Assembly: GCA_964016885.1 (NCBI GenBank)
Contig: OZ024740.1
Coordinates: forward strand, 280,302,001-280,366,000
Reading direction: 5' to 3'
DNA: 64,000 nucleotides
Source: Eledone cirrhosa
Taxonomy: Eukaryota
The notes beneath the pieces were generated by a model. The model ran no database searches and had not been told where the DNA came from. It worked only from the letters and a program-made list of their open reading frames with translations. Positions within the stretch are counted from its first letter, which is position 1. The number at the start of each line of letters is the position of its first letter. A program made the translations under genes and the position numbers. Positions 26,114 to 37,544 of this stretch are shown one piece after another.

Positions 26114-27460
26114 CATGGGTCGTCTGAAAGGTTCATAGGTCGACCATGATACTCTCATGGAATGACCAAATGAGGTTTATTTTTTAACATAGTCCATGGA
26201 AAGAAACAATACAGTTATTAATAAGATGAGTTGAGATTAATGCATGCAAGATTTCGCAGCTCTATCATCACGACGCCTTCATAGGCTGATCAAGATACTC
26301 TCATAGAATGACCAAATGAGGTTTATTTTTTAACATAGTCCATGGAAAGAAACAATACAGTTATTAATAAGATGAGGTGAGATTAATGCATGCAAGATTT
26401 CGCAGCTCTATCATCACGCCTTCATAGGCTGACCAAGATACTCTCATAGAATGACCAAATGAGGTTTATTTTTTAACATAGTCCATGGAAAGAAACAATA
26501 CAGTTATTAATAAGATGAGTTGAGATTAATGCATGCAAGATTTCGCAGCTCTATCATCACGCCTTCATAGGCTGATCAAGATACTCTCATAGAATGACCA
26601 AATGAGGTTTATTTTTTAACATAGTCCATGGAAAGAAACAATGTAGTTAATAATTAGAAGAGTTGAAATTAAAGCATGCAAGATTTCACAGCTCTATCAT
26701 CACTCCTTCATAGGCTGACCAAGATACTCTCATAAAATGACTAAATGAGGTTTATTTTTTAACATAGTCCACGAAAAGAAACAATCCAGTTGTTAATTAG
26801 AAGAGTTGAAATTAAAGCATGCAAGATTTCACAGCTCTATCATCACTCCTTCATAGGCTGATCAAGATACTCTCATGGAATGACCAAATGAGGTTTATCT
26901 TTTAACATAGTCCATGGAAAGAAACAATGTAGTTAATAATTAGAAGAGTTGAAATTAAAGCATGCAAGATTTCACAGCTCTATCATCACTCCTTCATAGA
27001 CTGACCAAGATACTCTCATAGAATGACTAAATGAGGTTTATTTTTTAACATAGTCCACGAAAAGAAACAATCCAGTTGTTAATTAGAAGAGTTGAAATTA
27101 AAGCATGCAAGATTTCACAGCTCTATCATCACTCCTTCATAGGCTGATCAAGATACTCTCATGGAATGACCAACTGAGGTTTATTTTTTAACATAGTCCA
27201 TGGAAAGAAACAATGTAGTTAATAATTAGAAGAGTTGAAATTAAAGCATGCAAGATTTCACAGCTCTATCATCACTCCTTCATAGGCTGACCAAGATACT
27301 CTCATAGAATGACCAAATGAGGTTTATTTTTTAACATAGTCCACGAAAAGAAACAATCCAGTTGTTAATTAGATGAGTTGAAATTAAAGCATGCAAGATT
27401 TCACAGCTCTATCATCACTCCTTCATAGTCAGTCTATGAACGTTTCAGCCGACCCTCGTA
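26114..27460. repeat. Mariner-type MITE containing a 9 x 143-bp tandem array
   Basis: ttcatag recurs at 26132, 26278, 26421, 26564, 26707, 26850, 26993, 27136, 27279, 27422; TIRs gggtcgtctgaaaggttcataggtcgac / gtcagtctatgaacgtttcagccgaccctcgTA. Confidence 0.93.
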
Positions 27461-27619
27461 CATGTGAATATGTGAATGCATTGATTTCTGTCATTAGGCT
27501 TTGACTATGTTGGGGTACCGCCTTGAAAGGAATCATTCGATATAATCGACATTGTAGTTATTTCTCTCTAGTACTTATTTGTTCCATCTCTATTTATTGA
27601 ATCGTTAAGTAACGGTTCT

Positions 27620-27790
27620 AGATTCTGTCCGTCGGGGCAGCGCGTGGGACCCCCCATTTGTTCATAATAGTAAGAAATGTTGAGGGCGAGAGAGATAGAG
27701 ACGATGACAGTGGGAGTCGCCTCCTCTGTACTCGGACCTGGTGTACGTGTGTGTATGTTTGCTTCTTTGTGTTTAATAAAGGGTTAATAA
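27620..27790 (+). mobile_element. 3' terminus of the CRE-like family
   Basis: Matches 62495-62630 (gagggcgagagagat...gatgacagtgggagt); ends with aataaa. Confidence 0.75.
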
Positions 27791-28089
27791 ACAATTTCAT
27801 CTTGCCCTTGTCAGTAGCCTTTCCCTCTTATTTTTCTCTTTTCGTTCTCTCAGTAGACCTTCTCACACCAGCTGTACCCACTCCTCATTGTAGCTATCAT
27901 GTTTTAGTGTTTGTCAAAGAAACGAATAATTTATTTATTTTTATAAACACTGTCAATTTACTTCCTTCCTCTTGTTCTTATTCCTGGAAAAACAATTTAG
28001 AGATATAAACATTTTACCATTACTATTTTATCATTAACATAAAGGGACGAAACTAGAAACTTACACTGGTCATCTTAAACATAGATATA

Positions 28090-28490
28090 GCAAAGACACT
28101 AACACACACATAAACACACACAAACACACATATACACAACCCCCCATCCCCACATGCACATAAACACAACACACACACACACACACACATACAAACACAC
28201 ATATACACAAATTCCTGTCCCCACATACACATAAACACAACACACACATACAAACACACACACACATATACAGCCCCCATCACCACATACACATAAACAC
28301 AACACACACATACAAACACACACATATACACCCCTATTCACACATACACATAAACACACACATACAAATGCACACACATATATACAAACCCCCATTCCCC
28401 ACATACACAACACACAACACACGATACACACATACAAACACACACACATATACAACCCCCCCCCCATCCCTACATGCACACAAACACAAA
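28090..28490. repeat. CA-rich compound minisatellite, ~55-80-bp irregular period
   Basis: Recurring cccccatccccacatacacataaacacaacacacacatacaaacac. Confidence 0.8.
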
Positions 28491-28639
28491 CATTGTTTTC
28501 TGATCATTGCTCATTGTAAATGGCAAAGGAGAAAGAACTCAATATTTATAATAGAATATTGTATAAAGTGATTTAATCATATTGTTGTAGCATGGCCACA
28601 ATGTTATGTGTTCATTGAACTTCATCAGAGTTGATGAAG

Positions 28640-31600
28640 CCCGGCTAATACACGCGCTGCTGAGACATCGAGGCCTTGTAAAAATATAACATCTATGAGA
28701 TCTACGCATCTCTATGTCAGCCGGGAGGTGGAGGCGGGGTTGCCGTTTTGCTGAGAAAACACCTGGGCCTCGTAACACAGACGGTACATCTGGACACGGA
28801 GAGTCGACTGATGGTCCTAGACGTTGACGGTAGTGAAGGTGGAGCCTTCAGGCTGGTAGTCGCATATTCCCCGTCTGGGACGCCGCAGCCAGACTTCTTC
28901 AAACGTCTAGAGACTTTTCTGGAAACGTCCCGCTCCTTGCTTTTAGTGGGGGACTGGAATGGAATCCTAGATGCACGTTGGGACTATGTGGGAGCATGTC
29001 CCGATAAAGGTGGGGGGGGGGGGGGGTAACAGCCTCAAACAGTTAATCGGCCGATAGATATCGTCTAGATTTTCCGACTTTGCCACCGTGGACGTGGACT
29101 AATCGTAGCGGAACATCTAGATCGTACCTAGATAGGGTTCTAGTTAGAAATAAGGATAGGGACATGTTAAGCTCTCCACAAATGTTCATGGTTGCCTATT
29201 CAGATCACATGACCTACATGGTCAACCTTGATAGAACCCATAGACAAGGACCCGGCTACTGGAAGCTGAACTTGTCGTTACCGACATGCAAAGCCTACTG
29301 TAGACGGATTAGCATTTTAGTTAAACAGCACTTGACAGGGGGTCATTGTCAACAACAGATGGTGGTACTCTCTCAAGAGGGTAGTTAGATTAGACTCATT
29401 AGTTTTTAGTAAAGAATTAGCGTTAGATAGAAATAGGACCGAGAAGGAACTGGTAGATAAAGTAGAAGAGGCAATTAGAAGTGGCAACGTAGCCAGTGTG
29501 CTAGCAACGAGAACGGTCTTGGACCAGTTCTTCGACGCAAAGCACGAGGGCTGCGTTGTCAGAAGAAAATACGTGCTCTGGGTAACGAGGGAGCCAAAGC
29601 TGTTAGGTGGGCCCGGGTGACGGAGGAGAAAAGTGGCAACAAGTCCACGATTCGGTCTTTGAAGGACCAAGACAGACGCGTGATACGTGAGCCGAAGCAG
29701 ATGTGCGCGGCCTTTCAGCGGCACTTTGCTCAGCTGTTCGGGCAGGGCGTCGCACCGGGAGGGGCTATGGATTTCGGTCCATACCTCGACAGCCTGCTGC
29801 GACTCTCGGACAGCGAGGCGAAGTTCTGCGAAAAGCCGATTTCAGCCGCTGAGATAGGGGACGCACTGATCCAATGCGGCAAACGCAAATCTCCAGGTCT
29901 CGACGGTCTACCCTACGAATTTTACGTAGCAATGCTGGACTTGTTCTCTGTTCTCCTGGAAGCGGTCTACTGCAACTGGCAGAAGAACGGGAGAATTCCC
30001 AGTTCTGTGACCAGGGGCGTAGTCATGCTAGTCAGGAAGGACGAGAATAAGGGGGATGACATAGGCAACTTCCGGCTATTAACTCTGCTAAACAGAGAGT
30101 TACAGATTTTGGCCAAGGTGTTTGCAAAGAGGCTGGCGCTTGTCGTCGAAAACCTGGTGGGAGAAGCGCAGACATGCGCAATCCCGACCAGGTACATACA
30201 CGACAACCTCCACTTCATGCGATACATCATAGAGAGGGTAGGGTATAAACACGGCTTTGGTAGGGCCCTGATCAACTTGGATCACTCTAAGGCTTTCGAT
30301 ACGGTTGACCATCGTTACCTGGATGCAGTGCTTCAGACCCGTGTTCAGGGGCTGGATTGCCGCAATGCACAGCAGCAACATCTATCTGCTCTAGGGTCAA
30401 GGTGAACGGCTATCTCTCGGAGCCGTTCCATATCACGCGATCCATCCTACAGGGATGCCCTCTCTCCTCCCTTCTGTACGTACTGACTCTCGAGCCACTA
30501 CTGCGGAAGTTGGAGCTATTGCAGGGCATCCCTCTGGAACCGGGACTGCGGAAAGCGGCGTCTGCCCACGCCGACGACGTGACAGTAATGGTGTCGAGCA
30601 CCTCGCAAATCGAGGAAGTCGGCACCCTACTGAAGGAATACGAAAGATTCACAGGAGCGAAGCTGAACCGGGACAAGTCTATTGGTTTGTAACTCGGATC
30701 GTGGAGAGGCAAACCGACGCCTTCCGATGGCGTCGTCGGACGATGGACGGAAGGACCGGTGAAGCTGCTTGGGGTCTGGTTTGGTCCGGGCCTCCAGGAG
30801 GAGAAGAACTGGTACGAGGTGACGGCCAAGGTGTTTGCACTCATCCAGAAGTGGGCCAAGTGCAAACTATCCTTGAAAGGTCGAGCGGAGGTGGCGAACA
30901 CTTTTATAGCATCCGTCATCTACTACCGCTTGACCGTCGTGCCTTGTCCAGCCAAAACGCTCACCAAAATGGAACACGCGCTCTTCCGATTTCTTTGGAA
31001 GAGGCGGGCTCCTTTGTTGAGAAGATCCATCTGCTGCCAACACCCTTCCGACGGAGGGCTGGGGATGCCGTGGTTGACGATGCGCAAACACGCGCTCAGG
31101 CTGCGGCATCTCCACGTATTCCTCACCGGACAACCGGTGTGGGCCCCATTCGTGAGGCAGGCCTTCCCACGACTCGTCTCGCTGACCGAGCTGCAGTCCT
31201 GGCTCAAGCAAATACCGAGGAAATTGGGCGACTGGCACATCGAATGTGCTCAGGCGTTCACAGCTCTCTGGCAGGCGGACCCGGCGATCAGTGGAGACTC
31301 CACTTCCTCATTCTATAGAGGGTTGGTCCGCAGCAAGTGCGACGATGCACTCGGAGAAACCTTGGACGTAGAGGAAGACGAACTGGCCAGTCTTTTCTGT
31401 AGGACCTTCCGCTCGGGACCGATGGACAACTTCCAAAAGTCCCTGGCCTGGCAGTGCTATCGAGGAGCTCAACCAGTTTGAGACAAGCTCTACAGACATG
31501 GGCGCCCGGGCAGGGACCCTTCGGAAAAGATCTGTCCGAGATGCGTGCGAGACGAAGAAACCGTCGCGTACGCATTCGTACACTGCGTTACCGACCTGTG

Positions 31601-32163
31601 GGGTTATGTATAACGACTATTGTCGCGGGTGGTACCAATCCGGTTGACTACCGAGTCCATCGTCATGATCAAACCGCCACGCTCCTTCAAAAACGAAGGA
31701 GAGGCGGTTTTCCTTTGTGTGATAGCTATGGCGAAAGAGGTTATATGGTGGACGAGGTTAAAAGAGCTGAGGTCAGACACCTTTCTCTCCGGCTAACAAT
31801 TAATGCTTTTTTTCAAATACCACTTTGGAAGAAGAATCAGGATGGAGAGAGAGGTGCTGTACCCCAGAAAGTTTTATGAAAGGTGGGTGAAAGTGGCGAG
31901 AATGGCCCGAGTGAATGGGCCTTCTCTCTATATCAGCCTGTAGGTTGAAGAAAAAGAGGAAGAGAGGAAAGGGGTACTCACTCTTCGTACTCCTGGAGAT
32001 GAGGGTTGCACATTTTATCAGAGGTATGTGTTACCCATATGTAATGTCTCGCTCTATTGGGGAAAATCGATTAATTTTTAAATTGCATTTGCGTTTTTAT
32101 TTATGTAAACTTTCACCTTTGTATTTGTCCCCTTCTTTTGTGCCCCTGTGGCTAATAAAGAAA
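28640..32163 (+). mobile_element. Tx1/L1-clade LINE ORF2 (APE endonuclease, RT, zf-RVT), near complete, pseudogenised
   Basis: LVGDWNGILD, SYLDRVLV, SDH, GPGYWKLN, KSPGLDGLPYEFY, LDHSKAFDTVDH, QGCPLSSLLY, HADDVTV, CPRC..DEET; AATAAA then (TATC)n. Confidence 0.95.
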
Positions 32164-32204
32164 CATATGTATCTATCTATCTAATTCCATCTCTCTCTCA
32201 CACA

Positions 32205-32257
<53 letters not shown>

Positions 32258-32490
32258 TATATATATTCTTTTTTCAGCCTGGTCTACCTCTGGTGGTAGG
32301 GTCCATACCGCAGATAGAACTCAATGTAATCTTCTAAAATCCAAAGAGAAGTTCTGTTTCGCTGAATTAACTCTTTAGATACAGAGTCAGATATTAGGTT
32401 TTAAATTAACAGTAAAAATAAAGACAACAACATAAAAACAAAGTTATAAAGTAACTTAACTTTGTTCTTTTTATTTTCATTATTAATTTG

Positions 32491-32574
<84 letters not shown>

Positions 32575-32579
<5 letters not shown>

Positions 32580-32815
32580 GCGCAGTGTGACAAGAAGCTT
32601 GCATCCCAACCACATATTTCCGGGTTCAGTCCCACGGCCTGGGCAGACCAAAGTCCTGTGAGTGAATTTGATAGACCAAAACTAATAGCCCGTCGTATAT
32701 ATGTATATATGTCTGTGTGTGTCTTTGCGTTTGTGTTTGCCCTCCCACCAATGTTTGCTGGTTTGTTGACGTCCCCATAACTTACCAAGGTGATGCTCCA
32801 GCATGGGTGTAGTCC
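32575..32815 (+). mobile_element. Diverged SINE
   Basis: gaagcttgcatcccaaccac...gggttcagtcccac (B-box-like)...gaccaaagtcctgtgagtgaatttg. Confidence 0.6.
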
Positions 32816-32868
32816 AGAGACAGAAAAAAGTAAAGTATATGTGTGTGTGTGTGTGTGTGTGTGTAGAA

Positions 32869-33237
32869 GAGGGGTCTCAAACTCAAGGATACAAAAGGGC
32901 CATTACGTACTGGAGGAGAGGCACAGTGGGCCAAACGTGGTGGTGGGTGATGATTTTCACCAGTTTGGGGTTTAGGTTTCAGTCGATTACATCGATCCTA
33001 GTACACAACTGGAACTTAATTCATCGACCCCAAAAGGATAAAAGGCAAAGTTGAGATCGGCGGAATTCGAACTCAGAACGTAAAAACGGAAGAAGTACCG
33101 TTAAGCATTTCGCCAGATGTGCTAACGATTCCACCAGCCCACCGCATTATTTTCACCAGTTATAATGCAATATGAAATATTGGGTCTACCACGGGCCACA
33201 GAAAAGTAGTTCGCGGGCCGCATGTTTGAGCCCCCTG
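32869..33237. mobile_element. hAT (Charlie-like) MITE with a SINE inserted at ~32935-33145 (-)
   Basis: TIR-like aggggtctcaaac / gtttgagccccctg; subterminal gggcc motifs. Confidence 0.65.
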
Positions 33238-33341
33238 TTGGAGATAGATAGATAGACGTGTACCAAACACACAAACACACACATTTCTTACTCTCTCTGC
33301 CCCTCCCTCTTTCTCTCTTCATTTATATATATATATATATA

Positions 33342-34152
33342 CTAGCAGCTGAGCCCGGTTGCACCCGGGGCCACTTTTTATTAAGTTAATAATTTGAAAA
33401 ATATTATTGAAAGTTTATTATAAAGAAGCAGTTTCATGAAAAAAAATAGAAAAATGCACTTGGGGCTGGACGGCGTACAATGAGAAGTGGAGCGACGTGA
33501 AAAGCGTTGTTTATTAACAGCGAAATAGCAATGTCGATGATATGCAATTTGAAAAATACTACTTACTGTTAGTGGTGGTTAACATGTATTAGAATTAAAA
33601 TAAAAACACGCGTCCCTTCTTCGCAATTTAAGGGTTTTATTTCTTTTGATGGAAAACAGTGACCGTACTGCAGAATCGATTTCATAAAACGGTACTGTAT
33701 GATCGTTAAATGTAGAAGGATGATAGTTTATTAACAGCGAAATAGCAATGTCGATGATATGCAAGTTTAAAAATGCATATTATGAAGGTTTGTATGATAG
33801 TTTACACTTTTTCCTGAAACTGCTTCTTTATAATAAACTTTCAATAATATTTTTCAAATTATTGGTTCTGTATGTTAACAGCGAAAGAACGTTGATGAGT
33901 TTAAAAATTAGTATGGAATTGTAAATAAGACAAAAGTATTAGAACAGGGGAAAATAACTCACCGAACGCGATAGTTTTGGGGCCCCAGGGACCATATTTT
34001 TCAAGTTAGAGATTTGAAATCTCGTCTATTTGCTTCCTTGGCACTTTTTACATATGTGTGTAAATTTTCATGTCAGTCCGACCACGTCTACTACCATTTA
34101 ACCGTGCACATCTGAATTTCAACCACCGCCCATTTCACAAATATATATTAGA
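33342..34152 (-). mobile_element. Non-autonomous Helitron, ~810 bp
   Basis: Minus: A|TCtaatatatat start; ccgggtgcaaccggg hairpin then CTAG|T end; internal direct and inverted duplications. Confidence 0.85.
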
Positions 34153-34270
34153 TATGGCGATGTTATTTGGCGTTGTTGAAAAGAGCAGTGGCCTTTGACC
34201 TGGCAATAAAAACTGGAGACAAATTTCTTTCTGTACCAAAACCAAAGCACACACACACAAGTTTGTGTGT

Positions 34271-34349
<79 letters not shown>

Positions 34350-34849
34350 CGCGTTTATGTGTGTGTCTGTTTATCTATCTATGTATATATATATATATAT
34401 AAGGGATACAGATATTGCTTTCTCACTGTCACCAAGCTTTTCAATTCATTCGTTGCTACTAAGTATTTTATTTTGTTACAAGGTATTTTATTTTTCAAGG
34501 TACTATTTTCCCCCTGAATTTGTGATTTCGGAGAAAGGTAAGAAATTCTTCATATTTTGCATCTTTTGTATTTTGACTTTACAGTTTAAATTGTAGAATT
34601 GTCTATCCACTCAAAATATTACAACAGCTAACAGTGAAATATAGAATTAAAAAAAAAAAGCTTTTACGACTTAAATCAAATCTTTGAGAACATTCACGTC
34701 TATTTTTCAAAAATATATAATTTGAAATAGATTGCTTTTGTTTTGGACTGAAACTTTTTTCTATTTAATTCATATGAGTATTTTTTAAAGATTCTAACAT
34801 AACTTGATTTGGCCCAGTAATCTACTGATATCAAAATCAGTAGTATATT

Positions 34850-34938
34850 GAAAAACGAAAAAATAGGGTAGAGGGGGCGTTTCGTGATTTCGAGGGGGCA
34901 AAAGGGGGCGTTTGGCCGAAATGGGTTGAGAACCTTTG
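34850..34938. mobile_element. hAT-type transposon end
   Basis: ggggcg subterminal repeats and ggttgagaacctttg terminus followed by ctttagac. Confidence 0.5.
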
Positions 34939-34945
34939 CTTTAGA

Positions 34946-36942
34946 CCATCCCTATTTATTTTATTATACGTATTTCGAGGATTTATGGCTTATGTATAAC
35001 ATAAGTCAAAATACGTTCTCTTCAGATAAAATCCACAGGGGATGTAGATATCATTTGATATGCAGGCGGTCAGACGAGGTATTCATTACGGTGACCGTAA
35101 TGAACCCCACCTGAAAATTAGACCCATTGTCTTCAGTGTTGAAGGACCATCATATACAATCTCTTGGCTTCTGTTCAAAATTTTAAAGCCCCTGTTGACA
35201 ACCTTCCCGAGCCACGTCTATAGTTTGGAGGATATCATCCAGCGACTCAACCAATTAAAACTTGACACCATCAAATCCAACAAGTATGCCTTCAGCCTAG
35301 ATGTAATATCCCTCTACACATCGGTACCTGCACTCCCGGCAGTGGACATACTCACTGAATCTGTCGGTTTCAGCGACCTGGATTGTTTTGGCCTCACCAC
35401 AACCGACATCTATCAGCACCTATCCATCATTGTAAACAACGCCTTTTTCAACTTCCTGGGACAAACCTAGCAACAGACCTCTGGGATCCAGCCACTCGGG
35501 TTCACTGGTCATTTCATATATGAATAGGCTTGACCACAGAGTACTCAGCCCCAGCGACACCTGCGCTTTCTTCATTAGATATGTGGATGATATACTCATC
35601 CTCACATCCACCAAGGACAATTCCAACAAGATTTTCGAATCTTTCAACAATGCTGACAATAACATCAAGATCATCATCGAACATCCTACCGACTCCGGGT
35701 CCCTCGCTCTACTTGATTTCAGACTGATCATCTCTGATAGCGGTGAAATCCACACTGATTTCTACTGCGAAGCGGCCAGCAGAGACCTGTTTGTTCTTTA
35801 CAAATCTCCCCTCCCCAACATCTCTAAAAGAGGGGACATCTTCAATGAAATGGCTCGTATACGCTGCTAATAGAGCCACCCATATCAGACGATTCCACAA
35901 GGTACTAGAGATTAATGGCTACCCAGCTTCCTTCTCAACCCCACGACGATGCCCTGGACCAACACAAACAACAGTTGCTTCTTCAAGATCCCACATCTCA
36001 GTGAGGAAACCACCAACACCATACGCTAAGCCATCAGAAGAGAGGGTTTCAATATCACTCTGGACCTTCCCTGCGAAAATGCCTCCCCACAAGATAACCC
36101 CACAACGAGGATAACGGATGCACCCTAGCCAATTGCCCTATCCACAATACTAATTGTTGCCTACGTATCTATGTAACAAGTGCAATCTATTTTACACAGG
36201 CAGCACTATTCCACCGTTATATCTCCGTATTAAAGAGCATGTTGGCACCAACTCCTCTTCCCTCCGCAAACACATCATAAAATATGTAAACCAGGACAAG
36301 ATTACCACCACAATCTTAGCTACCGAACGCAGTATGGGCACGCCGAGAATTAAGGAAGCCCTCTTAATGAAGCTATTAAAACTTAGGATTAACAATCGAA
36401 TGGAAAGAGGTGTACCAGAACGGCTAATTTAAAAGCCTGGATTCCAACATCCCAACGGCCAGTTTCATTCTTTCTTTCTTTCAAATTAAATCTATGTCCT
36501 CACTAGGCAAACACACTTAGACTCACACACACACATACATATATCACACACATATTTTTCCCGTTTTATTATATACATATTCGCACACATCTTTCACTAC
36601 ATAAACTTATATTCATGCACACGCATACACACATTCACGCACACACATGCATATATCATACATATATCATGCATTTCACAACACGTACGTTCGAAATTTT
36701 AACGTCTTTTCATTTCATTTCACTTAAATCTGCTTCCATACAAGCAAGTCTATCCGATCAATTTTTACTCCCTTGATAATGGGTTTTTAAACCCGAAAAT
36801 ATTTGGGATCGTTAAATTTGCTATGGTAAGATTCTTTTGTTATCTTGGCAATTTAACATTCTTCATACGCATTGTGTTGGTATTCAAAATTTAAATTTGT
36901 GTTTCCTATTAAACAATGCTTCAAGTAAGCTACAAAACTCTG
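34946..36942 (+). mobile_element. Penelope-like element of a third family, decayed RT + GIY-YIG
   Basis: KIRPIVFS, FSLDVISLYTSVP, IRYVDDIL, LALLDF, CNKCNLFYTGST..LYLRIKEH, RIKEALL; degenerate HHR-like TTGATAA TGGGT...ACCC GAAA at ~36772-36800. Confidence 0.9.
34961..35029 (-). ncRNA. Hammerhead ribozyme motif with long stem II
   Basis: Minus: TTAT CTGAAGA GA...TC GAAA TACGTA TA ATAA; palindromic stem III ATACGTAT. Confidence 0.7.
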
Positions 36943-37002
<60 letters not shown>

Positions 37003-37098
37003 TTTGAGTATATGTTGGTTGTTTACCGACACCCCAGTATGCAGATTGGAGCACTCGACGAGTACGCAGGTTAGTATGTTTACTCCGGAGTAATGTAA

Positions 37099-37497
37099 AA
37101 TAATTAAGTCAAATATGTAAAATTTGGCTTCGTATATTATAAATTATAGATATAGTGGTATATATATTTCGGTGACAGCCATCATTGGCTGTGACCTCTT
37201 CAGGCCGTCCGAATTGGTGTGGTAGAGACAGGTACACATGTTGAAGTGTGTTTTACTCCGTCTATACTCCGATATGTCCAGCTCCTGGTAATTGTTATTT
37301 CTCTGAGGAACTGGAATCATATGATTCCAGTTCCTCAGAGAAATAACAACACTTCAACAACATATGTACCTGTCTTTCCCACACCAATTCGGACTGCCTG
37401 AAGAGGTCACAGCCATCATGATGGCTGTCGCCGAAATATATATAGCAGTATATCTATAATTTATAATAAACGAAGCCAATTTTACATATTTGACTTA

Positions 37498-37503
<6 letters not shown>
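37099..37503. repeat. Fold-back unit: ~150-bp inverted arms, 58-bp perfect central palindrome, HHR motif on each arm
   Basis: 37099-37250 is the reverse complement of 37350-37503; 37292-37349 is self-complementary. Confidence 0.9.
37393..37449 (+). ncRNA. Type I hammerhead ribozyme, intact core
   Basis: ACTGC CTGAAGA GGtcACAGCCATcatgATGGCTGTcgCC GAAA TATATA TA GCAGT; 5-bp stem I, long stem II, palindromic stem III; predicted cut after 37444. Confidence 0.85.

Positions 37504-37539
<36 letters not shown>

Positions 37540-37544
<5 letters not shown>

Noticed and set aside
26132-27421. CRISPR-like array
   Set aside because: Whole 143-bp units repeat with no unique spacers, there are no cas genes, and TIRs bound the array.
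30410-31583. Long overlapping and antisense ORFs in Tx1; similar in the Helitron and CRE-like element
   Set aside because: Shadow frames of GC-rich TE coding sequence.
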